Positions 10,512 to 20,532 of a stretch of DNA of 64,000 bases are shown one piece after another; the stretch's first letter is position 1; the number at the start of each line of letters is the position of its first letter. A program made the translations under genes and the position numbers. The stretch lies in NCBI GenBank assembly GCA_963803805.1, contig CAWDOD010000002.1:256001-320000 (forward strand), given 5' to 3'. Below the pieces are notes generated by a model, which ran no database searches, was not told where the DNA came from, and was given only the letters and a program-made list of their open reading frames with translations. The stretch is from an uncultured cyanobacterium (GTDB taxonomy: Bacteria; Cyanobacteriota; Cyanobacteriia; Cyanobacteriales; CAWCAG01).

Positions 10512-11468
10512 ATGCCATTTACCCTTGACTCAGCCCGTGGAATTTTTCCTGGCACTTTATCTGCTGATGCAGTACCAGCAACAATTGCTAGGTTTGAACA
10601 ACTCAGTGCAGAAGATCAGCTTGCATTAATCTGGTTTGCTTACCTGGAAATGGGTAAAACCATTACTATTGCTGCTCCTGGTTCAGCTAGTATGCAGTTT
10701 GCTGAGGGAACTCTTAACAAAATTAAGCAAATGAGCTTCCAAGAGCAAAGCCAAGCTATGTGTGACTTAGCAAACCACGCTGATACAGAAGTTTGTCGTA
10801 CCTATGGTAGTTGGTCTCCTAATATTAAGTTAGGCTTTTGGTATCGTTTGGGAGAGTTAATGGAAAAGGGAGTTGTTGCTCCAATTCCAGAAGGCTATCA
10901 GCTATCTGCCAATGCTAAAGCTATCTTAGAAGCAATCAAAGGATTAGAATCAGGACAGCAAATCACAGTTTTACGTAACTCTGTAGTTAATATGGGGTAT
11001 TCAAGTAGTTCAGACAGCGTGAAAAGGGTTTCTGAACCCGTTGCTCCTCCTCAAGATATGTCCAAGCGCACTAAAGTAACTATTGAAGGTGTTACCAACT
11101 CTACAGTCTTAGAGTACATGAATAACCTTAACGCTAATGACTTTGAAGCGTTAATAGAACTATTTGCTCCTGACAGTGCGCTGCAACCTCCCTTCCGCAA
11201 GCCAGTAATCGGTAAAGATGCTATTTTGCGATTTTTCAAAGAGGAATGCCAGAATCTAAAACTAAGCCCGGAGCGGGGAATTTCTGAACCCGCAGAGGAT
11301 GGTTATACTCAAATCAAGGTAACAGGAAAAGTAGAAACTCCTTGGTTTGGCGTGGGTGTAGGCATGAATATTGCTTGGAGATTTTTGCTTAATGATCAAG
11401 GCAAGATTTTCTTTGTTGCTATTGATTTACTAGCTTCCCCCAAAGAATTGTTAAATTTAGCACGGTAG
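10512..11468 (+). CDS. ocp: Orange carotenoid protein
   Basis: MPFTLDSARGIFP start, N-terminal carotenoid domain plus NTF2-like C-terminal domain (VETPWFG, IDLLASPKELL), 318 aa. Confidence 0.97.
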   Translation: MPFTLDSARGIFPGTLSADAVPATIARFEQLSAEDQLALIWFAYLEMGKTITIAAPGSASMQFAEGTLNKIKQMSFQEQSQAMCDLANHADTEVCRTYGSWSPNIKLGFWYRLGELMEKGVVAPIPEGYQLSANAKAILEAIKGLESGQQITVLRNSVVNMGYSSSSDSVKRVSEPVAPPQDMSKRTKVTIEGVTNSTVLEYMNNLNANDFEALIELFAPDSALQPPFRKPVIGKDAILRFFKEECQNLKLSPERGISEPAEDGYTQIKVTGKVETPWFGVGVGMNIAWRFLLNDQGKIFFVAIDLLASPKELLNLAR

Positions 11469-11508
11469 AGAGAGATTAAATTACTAGTTAATTACAAATT
11501 CTCATTAT

Positions 11509-11562
11509 GGGCGCTCGGCTTAATTCAACCTAACTTAAAGACAACGAGCGCTCTTTTTTTTT
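11509..11562 (+). terminator. Probable terminator after ocp
   Basis: GGGCGCTCG...CGAGCGCTC inverted repeat followed by a long T run. Confidence 0.55.
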
Positions 11563-11697
11563 GAGCTTATACCTAATCTGATTTTCTATAGGTTGCTCAA
11601 TATTAGAGAATAAAGTTTGAGAACTTTATTCTCTGAATTTTATAAAACTAGGGGTGCAGGATAAAGTTGATTAGATATGACAATATAAGATTAAATT

Positions 11698-12030
11698 TTG
11701 ACAATGCAAGTGAATGAAGTTAGTTGGTCTGAAGAAGAAAAGAAAATAGCCCAAGAAGCATTTAGTAAAGCCCATGAGCGAGAAATTGCCACTTTAATAA
11801 ATGAGGTTCGTAGCCAAGCTGGTGAAATAGTAGAACTTGAAGATTTGTGGAAATTACACGATTTTTTGAGCGCAAGAAGGCATTATTTAGACGGTAAGTA
11901 TGAATATAAGTACTCAGAGCTTATTTTTACCTTTGCTAGCTTGGTTAAAGAAGGATGGTTGCAGCTTGAAGAACTTGAGGGTTTAGAGCCTGATAAACGT
12001 AGTAAGGTAGCTGCTCTTATGCGAATATAA
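11698..12030 (+). CDS. frp: Fluorescence recovery protein
   Basis: WSEEEKKIA, LWKLHDFLSARRH, DGKY motifs; directly downstream of ocp. Confidence 0.93.
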   Translation: MTMQVNEVSWSEEEKKIAQEAFSKAHEREIATLINEVRSQAGEIVELEDLWKLHDFLSARRHYLDGKYEYKYSELIFTFASLVKEGWLQLEELEGLEPDKRSKVAALMRI

Positions 12031-12144
12031 AATAATACCTAATACTATTTTTCTTTAGTTGTGTCAGAGATGCACTTAGTTAGGATAAAGGGTAAAGATT
12101 GATGTTCCCAGTCTTACCCTTTATCCAATTAATTGATTTAGATA

Positions 12145-12627
12145 ATGGTACAAAATTTAATTGAAGTTCGCGATGCCACCCTCAATGATGTAGCACTAAT
12201 TCTTACTTTTATTCAGAAGAAATCAGTTTTTGACCGTAACGTTGGAGCTTTTTCTGGCGCACTCACAACATCAGAAGAGAAGATAGTTAAAACGATATTT
12301 AGCACTATACCTTTTGCTTATGTTGTATTCGCAGAATTAGCTAGTTGTGTAGTAGGCTTTACTTTATACTACTTCAGGTATTCATCTTTTGCTGGTCAAC
12401 CGATTCTTTGGCTAGATGATTTATATGTAGATGAGCAGATGAGGAGTAAAGGTGCAGGCTGGGAATTAATGAATCATTTAGCTCAAATTTCTAGAGCCAA
12501 TAATTGCAGTCATATTGCTTGGACTGCTGATGTTAGAAATATTCGCGGACTCGCTTTTTATCGCCGTTTAGGAGCAGAAACTGTGAAGCAAGAAGGTAAT
12601 AGTTGTTATCTAATTTGGAAACCGTAA
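12145..12627 (+). CDS. GNAT family N-acetyltransferase (SSAT-like)
   Basis: LWLDDLYV...RSKGAG motif A; FYRRLGA. Confidence 0.85.
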   Translation: MVQNLIEVRDATLNDVALILTFIQKKSVFDRNVGAFSGALTTSEEKIVKTIFSTIPFAYVVFAELASCVVGFTLYYFRYSSFAGQPILWLDDLYVDEQMRSKGAGWELMNHLAQISRANNCSHIAWTADVRNIRGLAFYRRLGAETVKQEGNSCYLIWKP

Positions 12628-12763
12628 TTAATAGCATTTATAATTAACTATTTATAATAATTCTAAAAAAATGTAAAGCCACAGTATTATTTTTTCTAAT
12701 TGTAAAAATCTTTGTATCTCTTCTTCCTATTCCCTATTGACTATTGCTTTATAGTTTTTGATA

Positions 12764-13927
12764 TCAAAGAGTCATTGGTGAATCTATATAAACAACTGGT
12801 TCTGGCATAAAAAACTCAATACCGTAATCTAATAGCTGACGAGAAATTTCTTGGTTTGCTAAGTCTATTAAGCGCTTGCGTAAACGTAAAGAATCTTCTC
12901 CGGAACTTGTTATGAAAAAGTTTATTCTGGCTTGGCTGACTTCTTTTTCTTTAGGTTGAGAAAAGCTGATTCTTGTATTCGCTTTCTCAATACCCCAAAA
13001 GTGATTTGTACTTTCGACAACAACTCTTCTTACTAAGGCTTGTTCACTTTTATTTAATAATTTAGTAAAATCCAAATAAATCATAGCAACAACTTTCTTA
13101 CCTCGACTAATATTCTCAATATGTTTCCCTGCCATAATCGAATTGGGAACAATAATTAAAGTATTTCTAGCTGCGGTACGGATTTTAGTAGAACGCAAAC
13201 CAATTGATTCTACACGACCATAAACATCTTCGCCATAGGGATTAAAATTAACCTGAATATATTCTCCTGGTTGGTAAGGGCGATCAAGGAATAATTCTAA
13301 AGTACCTACAAGGCGTTCTAGGGCTTGTCTGGCGGCAAAAGCTACAGCAACACCACCAATACCAACACTAGCAGATATTGCCACTAAATTTAGTTGCAAT
13401 CCTTGGGCAAAGATGACCACGGCAAACATAATAATAATAACATTAGTTAAGGTTTCAAAAACCAAAATCACTTCATTGATTTCGCCCCCTGAACCCTGTA
13501 CTAAATTGACAACATAAACACGAATTAATCTTTGAGCTATTCGTGAAGTAAACCAAGCGATGCTAACTGCTAAGGCTAAGTAGATGAAGAAGCTTAAGAA
13601 TTGATAGAGTATTTGATATTTTGCTACTACATTCAAAGAAAGAGCAATAAAAACAAAAGTTCCTACTGTTACAAGAGAATTTCTGACTGGTTTAATAAAT
13701 TCGCTATAAACATTAGTTACGTCTAAAGGTACAAATTTTTGTGTGAATCTGAGCATCCACCAAAACAGGAAAGGTAACATTCTGCCCAATAAAGGGGCTA
13801 ATATAGCACAAAAAAAGAACAATGCTAATCTGCCAACTAATTCAAGCAGAAAATTTTGAATTTCCTCGCTTAGTTGCAATGATTCCAAACTGAACTCTGG
13901 CATAAATATTAACTCTTTAAAACCCAT
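12764..13927 (-). CDS. Small-conductance mechanosensitive channel (MscS family)
   Basis: GIGGVAVAFAA, DRPY, GRVESIGLRSTKIR, IIVPNS motifs. Confidence 0.88.
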   Translation of the reverse strand: MGFKELIFMPEFSLESLQLSEEIQNFLLELVGRLALFFFCAILAPLLGRMLPFLFWWMLRFTQKFVPLDVTNVYSEFIKPVRNSLVTVGTFVFIALSLNVVAKYQILYQFLSFFIYLALAVSIAWFTSRIAQRLIRVYVVNLVQGSGGEINEVILVFETLTNVIIIMFAVVIFAQGLQLNLVAISASVGIGGVAVAFAARQALERLVGTLELFLDRPYQPGEYIQVNFNPYGEDVYGRVESIGLRSTKIRTAARNTLIIVPNSIMAGKHIENISRGKKVVAMIYLDFTKLLNKSEQALVRRVVVESTNHFWGIEKANTRISFSQPKEKEVSQARINFFITSSGEDSLRLRKRLIDLANQEISRQLLDYGIEFFMPEPVVYIDSPMTL

Positions 13928-13964
13928 GAAAATTTTTTATATCTTGCTCCTTACTCCCCATTGT

Positions 13965-15095
13965 TTAAATATTCATTGGTTGAGCAATATCAAGAGTATT
14001 TTCTTCTAAGGTGAATTCAATGTCATAATCTTGCAGTTGCTCAACAATATTTTCTCTGGCAATCTCTAATAAATTGCGCCGTAGCTCCATAGAACTTTCT
14101 CTTGCTCCGAGGATATAAAATATTAATTGTGCTTGCACATAATCTTGCCCTGAAGCATCTTTGGCATCTTGGAAAGAAATTTGGGTGAGACGATGATCTA
14201 TACCTAAAATATCTCTAGTACTATCAAGAATGGATTGATGAATTAGAGCTTTTTCTTGGGGAGACATAGCCCTAAATAAAGTTAAATTAGCAATCGAAAT
14301 CATTCTTCTTGCCCTAGTCATATTTTCAATACTACTCTGAGCAAGCTGACTATTGGGAACAATAACTAAAGTGTTTTTTCCGGAAAGACGAATCTTGGTA
14401 GAACGCCAACCAATAGATTCTACTCGACCTAAAGTAGAGTCAGGTAAATGAATATAATCATCAATGATAAAAGGACGATCAATATACAGAACAATACTCC
14501 ATAAAATTTGCTCTAAGATCTTTTGAGAAGCAAAAGCGATCGCCACGCCTCCTACTCCAAGACTAGCGATTAAACCAAATAAATTAATTTGATGTACTTG
14601 AGCAAATAAAAAGATGACAATTAAAGCAACAACCGCGTTGGCAATAAATTTGGCAAGAACAATTAACTCACTATTAATTTTTTGCTGATTTTCTAGGGCA
14701 ACTTCTAATAAATAATGATCGAATAATTCCCCAAGTAGCTTGAATCCTAATAAACTGACATTAAGGGCTGCTACTAATCCTAAAGGAAATTCTAAAGCTC
14801 TTAAGGATATTGGTACAGGAAGAAGTAGAATGATAAAATCAACAGTAGTTAAAATAATTGTCCAGCTTAACCAACTTTGATAGGGCAAAAAAACGTTTTT
14901 ATAAATATCTTGTTCTGCTGTTAATATGAAACTTTTAGTTAGAATTTTGATTAGTTTAGGAAGTTGTAAATAAGACAGACCAATTATAAGTAGTAAAGTC
15001 AAAAAAGCAATAGTAGCTATCAATAAAGCTGTACCTATTTGAAGACTATTGGGTAAATCAAAATTATTGTCCAAACCTCTCAACCAATAATTCAT
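13965..15095 (-). CDS. Small-conductance mechanosensitive channel (MscS family)
   Basis: GVGGVAIAFAS, DRPF, GRVESIGWRSTKIR, VIVPNS motifs. Confidence 0.88.
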   Translation of the reverse strand: MNYWLRGLDNNFDLPNSLQIGTALLIATIAFLTLLLIIGLSYLQLPKLIKILTKSFILTAEQDIYKNVFLPYQSWLSWTIILTTVDFIILLLPVPISLRALEFPLGLVAALNVSLLGFKLLGELFDHYLLEVALENQQKINSELIVLAKFIANAVVALIVIFLFAQVHQINLFGLIASLGVGGVAIAFASQKILEQILWSIVLYIDRPFIIDDYIHLPDSTLGRVESIGWRSTKIRLSGKNTLVIVPNSQLAQSSIENMTRARRMISIANLTLFRAMSPQEKALIHQSILDSTRDILGIDHRLTQISFQDAKDASGQDYVQAQLIFYILGARESSMELRRNLLEIARENIVEQLQDYDIEFTLEENTLDIAQPMNI

Positions 15096-15308
15096 AGCTT
15101 GCTATAATTCCAGCATTAAATGTGAACAGAGAATTAGACACTCTAGGCAATAGGCATTCTATAGCAAAGGTACACAGATATTAATTATTCCTTTATAATG
15201 AGTGACTTTTTACTTTTGACTTGTTACAAAGCAGTTTTTTCTTCCCAGCAATCCTCATCCTAGTATAGGATTATCTTAAGAAGGAAAAGCGGGAAAACTT
15301 TAAAGGCA

Positions 15309-17075
15309 ATGGTTAGCAATACATCTACCAATAAATCATCTTTGGGCAGTAAACCCCGCGACGTGAAAGTAGTTCCTATTGTCAGAGAGACAACTTTGTT
15401 GCGATCGCGGACTTGGGATAGATTGAAGTTTGAAATTGAATACGCTCTAGGAAAAGGGACAACGGCTAATTCTTATGTAATTCAAGGGGATAAGATTGCT
15501 GTTTTAGACCCTCCGGGGGAATCTTTCACTCCTATTTACTTAGAAGCCCTGCAAAGACACCTCGACCCCAAAACCATTGATTATGTAATTTTGGGTCATG
15601 TTAACCCCAACCGGGGGGCAACTCTCAAGGCGTTGTTAGAAATTGCGCCACAAATAACCTTTGTTTGTTCCAATCCTGGGGCGATCGCCTTAAGCAAAGT
15701 CTTAGAAAATCAGAAGTTAATCATTGATGTGATTAAAAAAGGAGATACCCTCGATTTAGGACAAGGGCATCACCTGGAATTTCTCCTCACCCCCACACCC
15801 CGTTGGCCCGATTCTCTGTGTACCTACGACCCCAAAACCTCTGTGCTTTATACAGATAAGTTTTTCGGTTCCCACGTTTGTGGTGATCAGGTTTTAGATG
15901 AAGGGTGGCAAGTTTATGCAGAAGATCGTCGCTACTATTTTGATAGTCTCATGGCTCCCTACGCTAAGCAAGTGGAGACAGCCTTAGAAAAATTTGCCAC
16001 CAAACCAGCTAAACTTTATGCTACAGGTCATGGCCCTTTGGTTAGGTATGGTTTCACGGAATTAACATCTCTTTATCAAGAGTGGGTGAAAAAGCAGCGT
16101 ACTCAAGATTTAAGTGTCGCCCTCCTCTACGCTTCTGCCTATGGGAATACCGCAACCTTGGCCCAGGCGATCGCTAATGGTATTACCAAAGCTGGGGTTG
16201 GGGTAGAGTCTCTTAATTGTGAATCAGCCGAACCAGAAGAAATTAAAGCCGCAGTAGAAAAGTCTGCTGGTTTTATCATGGGTTCCCCAACTTTAGGAGG
16301 TCATGCCCCAACCCAGGTGCAAACGGCATTAGGTATTGTGCTTTCCACCGCAGATAAAACTAAATTAGCGGGGGTATTTGGTTCCTTTGGTTGGAGTGGA
16401 GAAGCCATTGATTTATTGGAACAGAAATTCAAAGATGGCGGTTATCGCTTTGGTTTTGACCCCATTCGGGTGAAGTTTAAACCCACCGATGTTGTACTGA
16501 AAACCTGTGAGGAAGCAGGGACAGACTTTGCCCAAGCATTGAAAAAAGCCAGGAAACGGGCCGAAGCAGCAGCCAAGAAAACCGCCGGTAGCACTTCTCA
16601 ACAGGCAGATAGGACAGAACAAGCATTAGGTAGAGTTGTGGGTTCCCTTTGTGTGGTAACAACCAAACAAGGAGAGTTGCAAGGGGGAATGTTGGCTTCT
16701 TGGGTATCCCAAGCTACTTTTAATCCTCCCGGTTTAACCGTTGCTGTAGCCAAGGATCGGGCCATTGAATCTTTGTTGCATAGTGGCAATACTTTTGTCC
16801 TTAATATCCTTGCAGAAGGTGAACATTTAGGCATAATGAAGCATTTCCTTAAGCCCTTTGCCCCTGGGGAAGATCGTTTTGCTGATGTCGAGACTGAGGC
16901 GACGGAGAATGGTAATCCGATTCTCAAAGATGCTTTAGCTTATATTGAGTGTAGTGTGGAAAGTCGTATGGAATGTGGCGATCATTGGTTGATTTACGGA
17001 GTGGCGAAGGAAGGGAATTTACTTGGTGATGGGATTACGGCTGTACATCATCGTAAGTCGGGGAGTCATTATTAA
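15309..17075 (+). CDS. Class C flavodiiron protein (diflavin flavoprotein, Flv1/Flv2-type)
   Basis: Beta-lactamase-like domain with non-canonical GHVNPNR, flavodoxin domain (YASAYGNT), C-terminal flavin reductase (ASWVSQATF, GDHW). Confidence 0.92.
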   Translation: MVSNTSTNKSSLGSKPRDVKVVPIVRETTLLRSRTWDRLKFEIEYALGKGTTANSYVIQGDKIAVLDPPGESFTPIYLEALQRHLDPKTIDYVILGHVNPNRGATLKALLEIAPQITFVCSNPGAIALSKVLENQKLIIDVIKKGDTLDLGQGHHLEFLLTPTPRWPDSLCTYDPKTSVLYTDKFFGSHVCGDQVLDEGWQVYAEDRRYYFDSLMAPYAKQVETALEKFATKPAKLYATGHGPLVRYGFTELTSLYQEWVKKQRTQDLSVALLYASAYGNTATLAQAIANGITKAGVGVESLNCESAEPEEIKAAVEKSAGFIMGSPTLGGHAPTQVQTALGIVLSTADKTKLAGVFGSFGWSGEAIDLLEQKFKDGGYRFGFDPIRVKFKPTDVVLKTCEEAGTDFAQALKKARKRAEAAAKKTAGSTSQQADRTEQALGRVVGSLCVVTTKQGELQGGMLASWVSQATFNPPGLTVAVAKDRAIESLLHSGNTFVLNILAEGEHLGIMKHFLKPFAPGEDRFADVETEATENGNPILKDALAYIECSVESRMECGDHWLIYGVAKEGNLLGDGITAVHHRKSGSHY

Positions 17076-17221
17076 ACAATTTCACTTGGGAGCTTTACAC
17101 AATAGAGACGTAGTTTTTTCTCTCTACTATCCTCCGCACTTAAAGTAAAAAAAGCTACGGAAATGAGCCGCCTCAAGCTGAAAAGAGAAACTACAATAGC
17201 AACTAAGTAAAGCTTTCAATC

Positions 17222-18265
17222 GTGACTATGAAAAGAAAATATTTTTGGCTCACAATTGCCGTAAGCCTATTAGCCATAACCACCACGACAGCAAGTTTAG
17301 CTCAAACAGAAACAGAAGACTTTCGTTACTTTCGGGAATGGTGTGCTGCCAAAGATAGTCTTCCTACTCAAGCAAAACATACCGTAGATGTCTTACTCAA
17401 AGAAGCAGGAAGCCAAGATTGTTTAGAAGCTGAAGCGAATTTATACCGAAAGTCAGGTTTAGATATTGCCTATCTTGATGTGCCAGATTTACGCCCTCTT
17501 GCCGCTTTGACTAACCTAACTTTTTTAGACTTAGCTGGAAATGGTATTACTGACCTAAGCCCTCTATCAAACTTAAAGTCTTTAACTAAACTTGACCTTG
17601 ATTCTAATAGTATAAAAGACTTAACACCCTTAGCCAATTTAACTAATCTAACTGAACTTAATCTATCTTATAATCGTCTCCAAGACTTAACTCCTTTATC
17701 TGGCTTAACCAATTTAACCGAGCTTTATCTCTTTGGAAACAAAATTAAGGATTTGAAGCCGTTATCTAGCTTAACAAGTTTGACAATATTAGACCTTTTG
17801 AGCAACGACGAAATTGAAAGTTTGGAAGGTCTTTCAAACCTAACTCAATTAACTTACTTGAATCTTGCTAATAACCAAATTAAGGATTTAACTCCCCTAT
17901 CAACTCTAACTAATTTGACAGACCTTGATTTAGGTGGTAATCAGATAGAAGATTTAACTCCATTATCTTCTTTAACTAATTTACTTTCTCTATTTGCAGA
18001 CTCTAATCAAATCAAAGATGTAACACCTCTTGCTTCTCTTGAGAAACTGGATACTCTAATGTTGAGCCACAATCAAATTACTGATTTAACTCCTTTGTCC
18101 AACTTAGATAGCTTGAAAAGGCTTTACTTCAAAAATAATCAAGTTCAACAAATAACTAACGTGCTGGATCTTAACAAGTTAGACCGATTTTGCCCTGTGG
18201 ATAATCCTTTAACTGAAACTATTCCTGAACGCATACTTGACGATAAACAAGAATGCTTTTTTTGA
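17222..18265 (+). CDS. Secreted internalin-like leucine-rich repeat protein
   Basis: Signal peptide, Cys-containing N-cap, about ten 22-aa LxxLxxLxLxxNxIxDLxPL repeats. Confidence 0.9.
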   Translation: MTMKRKYFWLTIAVSLLAITTTTASLAQTETEDFRYFREWCAAKDSLPTQAKHTVDVLLKEAGSQDCLEAEANLYRKSGLDIAYLDVPDLRPLAALTNLTFLDLAGNGITDLSPLSNLKSLTKLDLDSNSIKDLTPLANLTNLTELNLSYNRLQDLTPLSGLTNLTELYLFGNKIKDLKPLSSLTSLTILDLLSNDEIESLEGLSNLTQLTYLNLANNQIKDLTPLSTLTNLTDLDLGGNQIEDLTPLSSLTNLLSLFADSNQIKDVTPLASLEKLDTLMLSHNQITDLTPLSNLDSLKRLYFKNNQVQQITNVLDLNKLDRFCPVDNPLTETIPERILDDKQECFF

Positions 18266-18321
18266 GGAACTTTACTTATTGGCTGACTTAAAATTGACTT
18301 AAAATCAAAGCCAGAACAAGC

Positions 18322-20148
18322 TTAGTAAGCACTTCCTAGTAACTCAAAAGCTGACCAATAGTAAGGATGTTCAAAATTTTGATCCTGAATTGATAGGTTA
18401 TTAGGTAAAAGCTGGGCAATTAGTTTCGGATTTGGCTCTTCTGCTGATGCTTTAGGTCGATATATAAGGGAGTTACTCTTAATTTTAACTCTTTGTTCTA
18501 TCATAGCTAACTGAGCTTCCTGTAAGATTTGCGCTCTTGTTAATCCTCTCTGCTCAGAAAGAATCCGGTAGAAGGTTCTCATCATAGCCATTGTTCCCTC
18601 GTCACTTACTCTCCATAAAGAACCAATAGCTGATTCAGTACCTTGTGACCACATAGCCCCACCAAGACCAAACTCTCTGTCTTTGGCTAGATTGGAAGAT
18701 GAACCAGAATTATTATCTACTAAAGATTCACAAGCACTAAAAACAACCATTTCTATTGCTGAAAAGTCAAGTTCTATAAGTTCTTGAATATTTATCTCTC
18801 CTTGCCTTGTACTTAGATTAATATGATCTCCTCCTTTAGCCTCTCCGTGGGTAGCAATATGTAAAATTTGGCTGGCGACTTCTTCACCTAAGCCTAGTTT
18901 GAGGGCTTCCTGAACTTTCTCCCCCCCTTGAGGATGCTGTTGTACTGCTTGCCCTAAAATATCCTGAATGCGATTGAGACGAGGCAATAAACTTCCTAAT
19001 TGGGCTTGTATATTTGGTTCAACTTCTTGTTCTTGAAGATATTTTTTCAAATTAGCTAGATTAAATAAATACTCTTTCGGTATAGTTATACCCTCAAGAT
19101 TATTAATATGCATCACCTCTGGAAGCACAAAAGGCAAAGGAGCAGGACCATTAAAGGTTGTTTCTCCTAAAGCTGTAATTTCCGGACTCTCTTGATTAAG
19201 AGGAGTTGTTTGGGTCATGGAGAAACTAGGAGATACGGAGAGGCTGAAGCGTTCAATCAAGAATTCATGCTCATTGGATAATGCTGATACAGGCATAGTT
19301 TGTAACTCTTGGTCTAGCACTAAATGGAGATGATTGACTCCTATGTTGCTTAAGGTTTTTTCAATTGGTTTAATCATCGCCGTATACAATAGTTGTGCCG
19401 GCCCTTCAAATGCTGTTCGCCGACTGGAGTTTGTTGCTGTTGCTCTGAAGTTTATTAATCGCTTCTGCAAATCTCTCCAATCAATAGGCTTAAACCGATG
19501 AATAGGAGGGTACTGAGGATCACCAGGAATAACTACAATATCTATACCCTGTTCCGCACCTTCTTCGTTTTGTACCATCAAATAAATAATTGCTGACTTC
19601 ATGCCTGTTGCTTGATCTGCGGCATGGATTCTCTGCTGCATCGAAGCCATTGTTTCTGGATCGTTAGCAATTTCTTGATTATTGAATTCCTTAATCCTTT
19701 GCAGCTCAAACTGTTCTACTGTTTCACTAACTTCTTCGGCTGATTCACTAATTGTACGGGGAGCAAAGGGGTCGTTAACGGTATCTTCTTGCTGTCGCTG
19801 TAATGCCGCAGTTGCCCTTCGCTGTACCATAGATGCTAAATTATCAGCAATTAATTCTTCTCTCCTCTCATTTTGGGGGGCATAAACCCCTTGGTAAGAA
19901 AAGTTACCAGATTCAGTATAAGCTTCGGGCTTGGCTTGTATTCCCTGATCTGGGGCGGCTTCAGACAAATTAACTAGATGATCTCCAAGACGTTCAGCAT
20001 TTGCCCGACTAATCTCCATTTCCTCTAAAGTTTGTCCAACTTTCTGGGGCTGAGGTGCAGGTGCATAACTTGGTTGTGGGAAACTTGAACCTTGAGGTAG
20101 CTTAGCTGGCTGAAAATTAGGCTTTTTGATCCTTTCGTAACTTGCCAT
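18322..20148 (-). CDS. CHAT-domain (caspase-like) protease with eCIS/DUF4157-like N-terminal leader
   Basis: ILHIATHG and VFSACES dyad motifs, GSLWRVSDEGT, HPYYWSAFELLG C-terminus. Confidence 0.88.
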   Translation of the reverse strand: MASYERIKKPNFQPAKLPQGSSFPQPSYAPAPQPQKVGQTLEEMEISRANAERLGDHLVNLSEAAPDQGIQAKPEAYTESGNFSYQGVYAPQNERREELIADNLASMVQRRATAALQRQQEDTVNDPFAPRTISESAEEVSETVEQFELQRIKEFNNQEIANDPETMASMQQRIHAADQATGMKSAIIYLMVQNEEGAEQGIDIVVIPGDPQYPPIHRFKPIDWRDLQKRLINFRATATNSSRRTAFEGPAQLLYTAMIKPIEKTLSNIGVNHLHLVLDQELQTMPVSALSNEHEFLIERFSLSVSPSFSMTQTTPLNQESPEITALGETTFNGPAPLPFVLPEVMHINNLEGITIPKEYLFNLANLKKYLQEQEVEPNIQAQLGSLLPRLNRIQDILGQAVQQHPQGGEKVQEALKLGLGEEVASQILHIATHGEAKGGDHINLSTRQGEINIQELIELDFSAIEMVVFSACESLVDNNSGSSSNLAKDREFGLGGAMWSQGTESAIGSLWRVSDEGTMAMMRTFYRILSEQRGLTRAQILQEAQLAMIEQRVKIKSNSLIYRPKASAEEPNPKLIAQLLPNNLSIQDQNFEHPYYWSAFELLGSAY

Positions 20149-20356
20149 AATTAACCCCTAGAGATTTCGTCGAGTGTTAAGCAGCTAATACTATTTGTTA
20201 TTAAACATCATTAACCTCATCAAGGGGCAAACTTAAAGCCTTAGCTACTTGCTCCGGTGTCAAACCCATTTTTAGTAACCAAGGTTCAATCGAGTAATGC
20301 CCTCGTTCATTTAGAGAACTGCAACAAATAAAATATCCTCACAAAGTATAAGATTT

Positions 20357-20524
20357 TAGCAACTAGCGACTAGCCATTAGCCATTAGCTTAAGAATCTGG
20401 TAGCTGAGTATGGTCAGGGAAAGGGGGTGGCAGTATTGTAGGTTCCAAACTTTGAGTCATAACCGTTGAAGAGAAGGAGTTACTCTCATTTTACTCCCTT
20501 ACCCTTTACCCTTTACCCTTTACC
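20357..20524. repeat. Heptamer short tandem repeats (TAGCCAT/TAGCAAC-type and TTACCCT-type)
   Basis: tagcaactagcgactagccattagccattagc at about 20357 and (ttaccct)n at about 20498-20524; similar arrays at about 36181, 43074-43122, 43554 and 52441. Confidence 0.75.
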
Positions 20525-20532
20525 AGTCCACC

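Noticed and set aside
17480-18140. Periodic repeats of about 66 bp resembling an array
   Set aside because: They are LRR coding repeats, not CRISPR; there are no identical repeats with unique spacers and no cas genes
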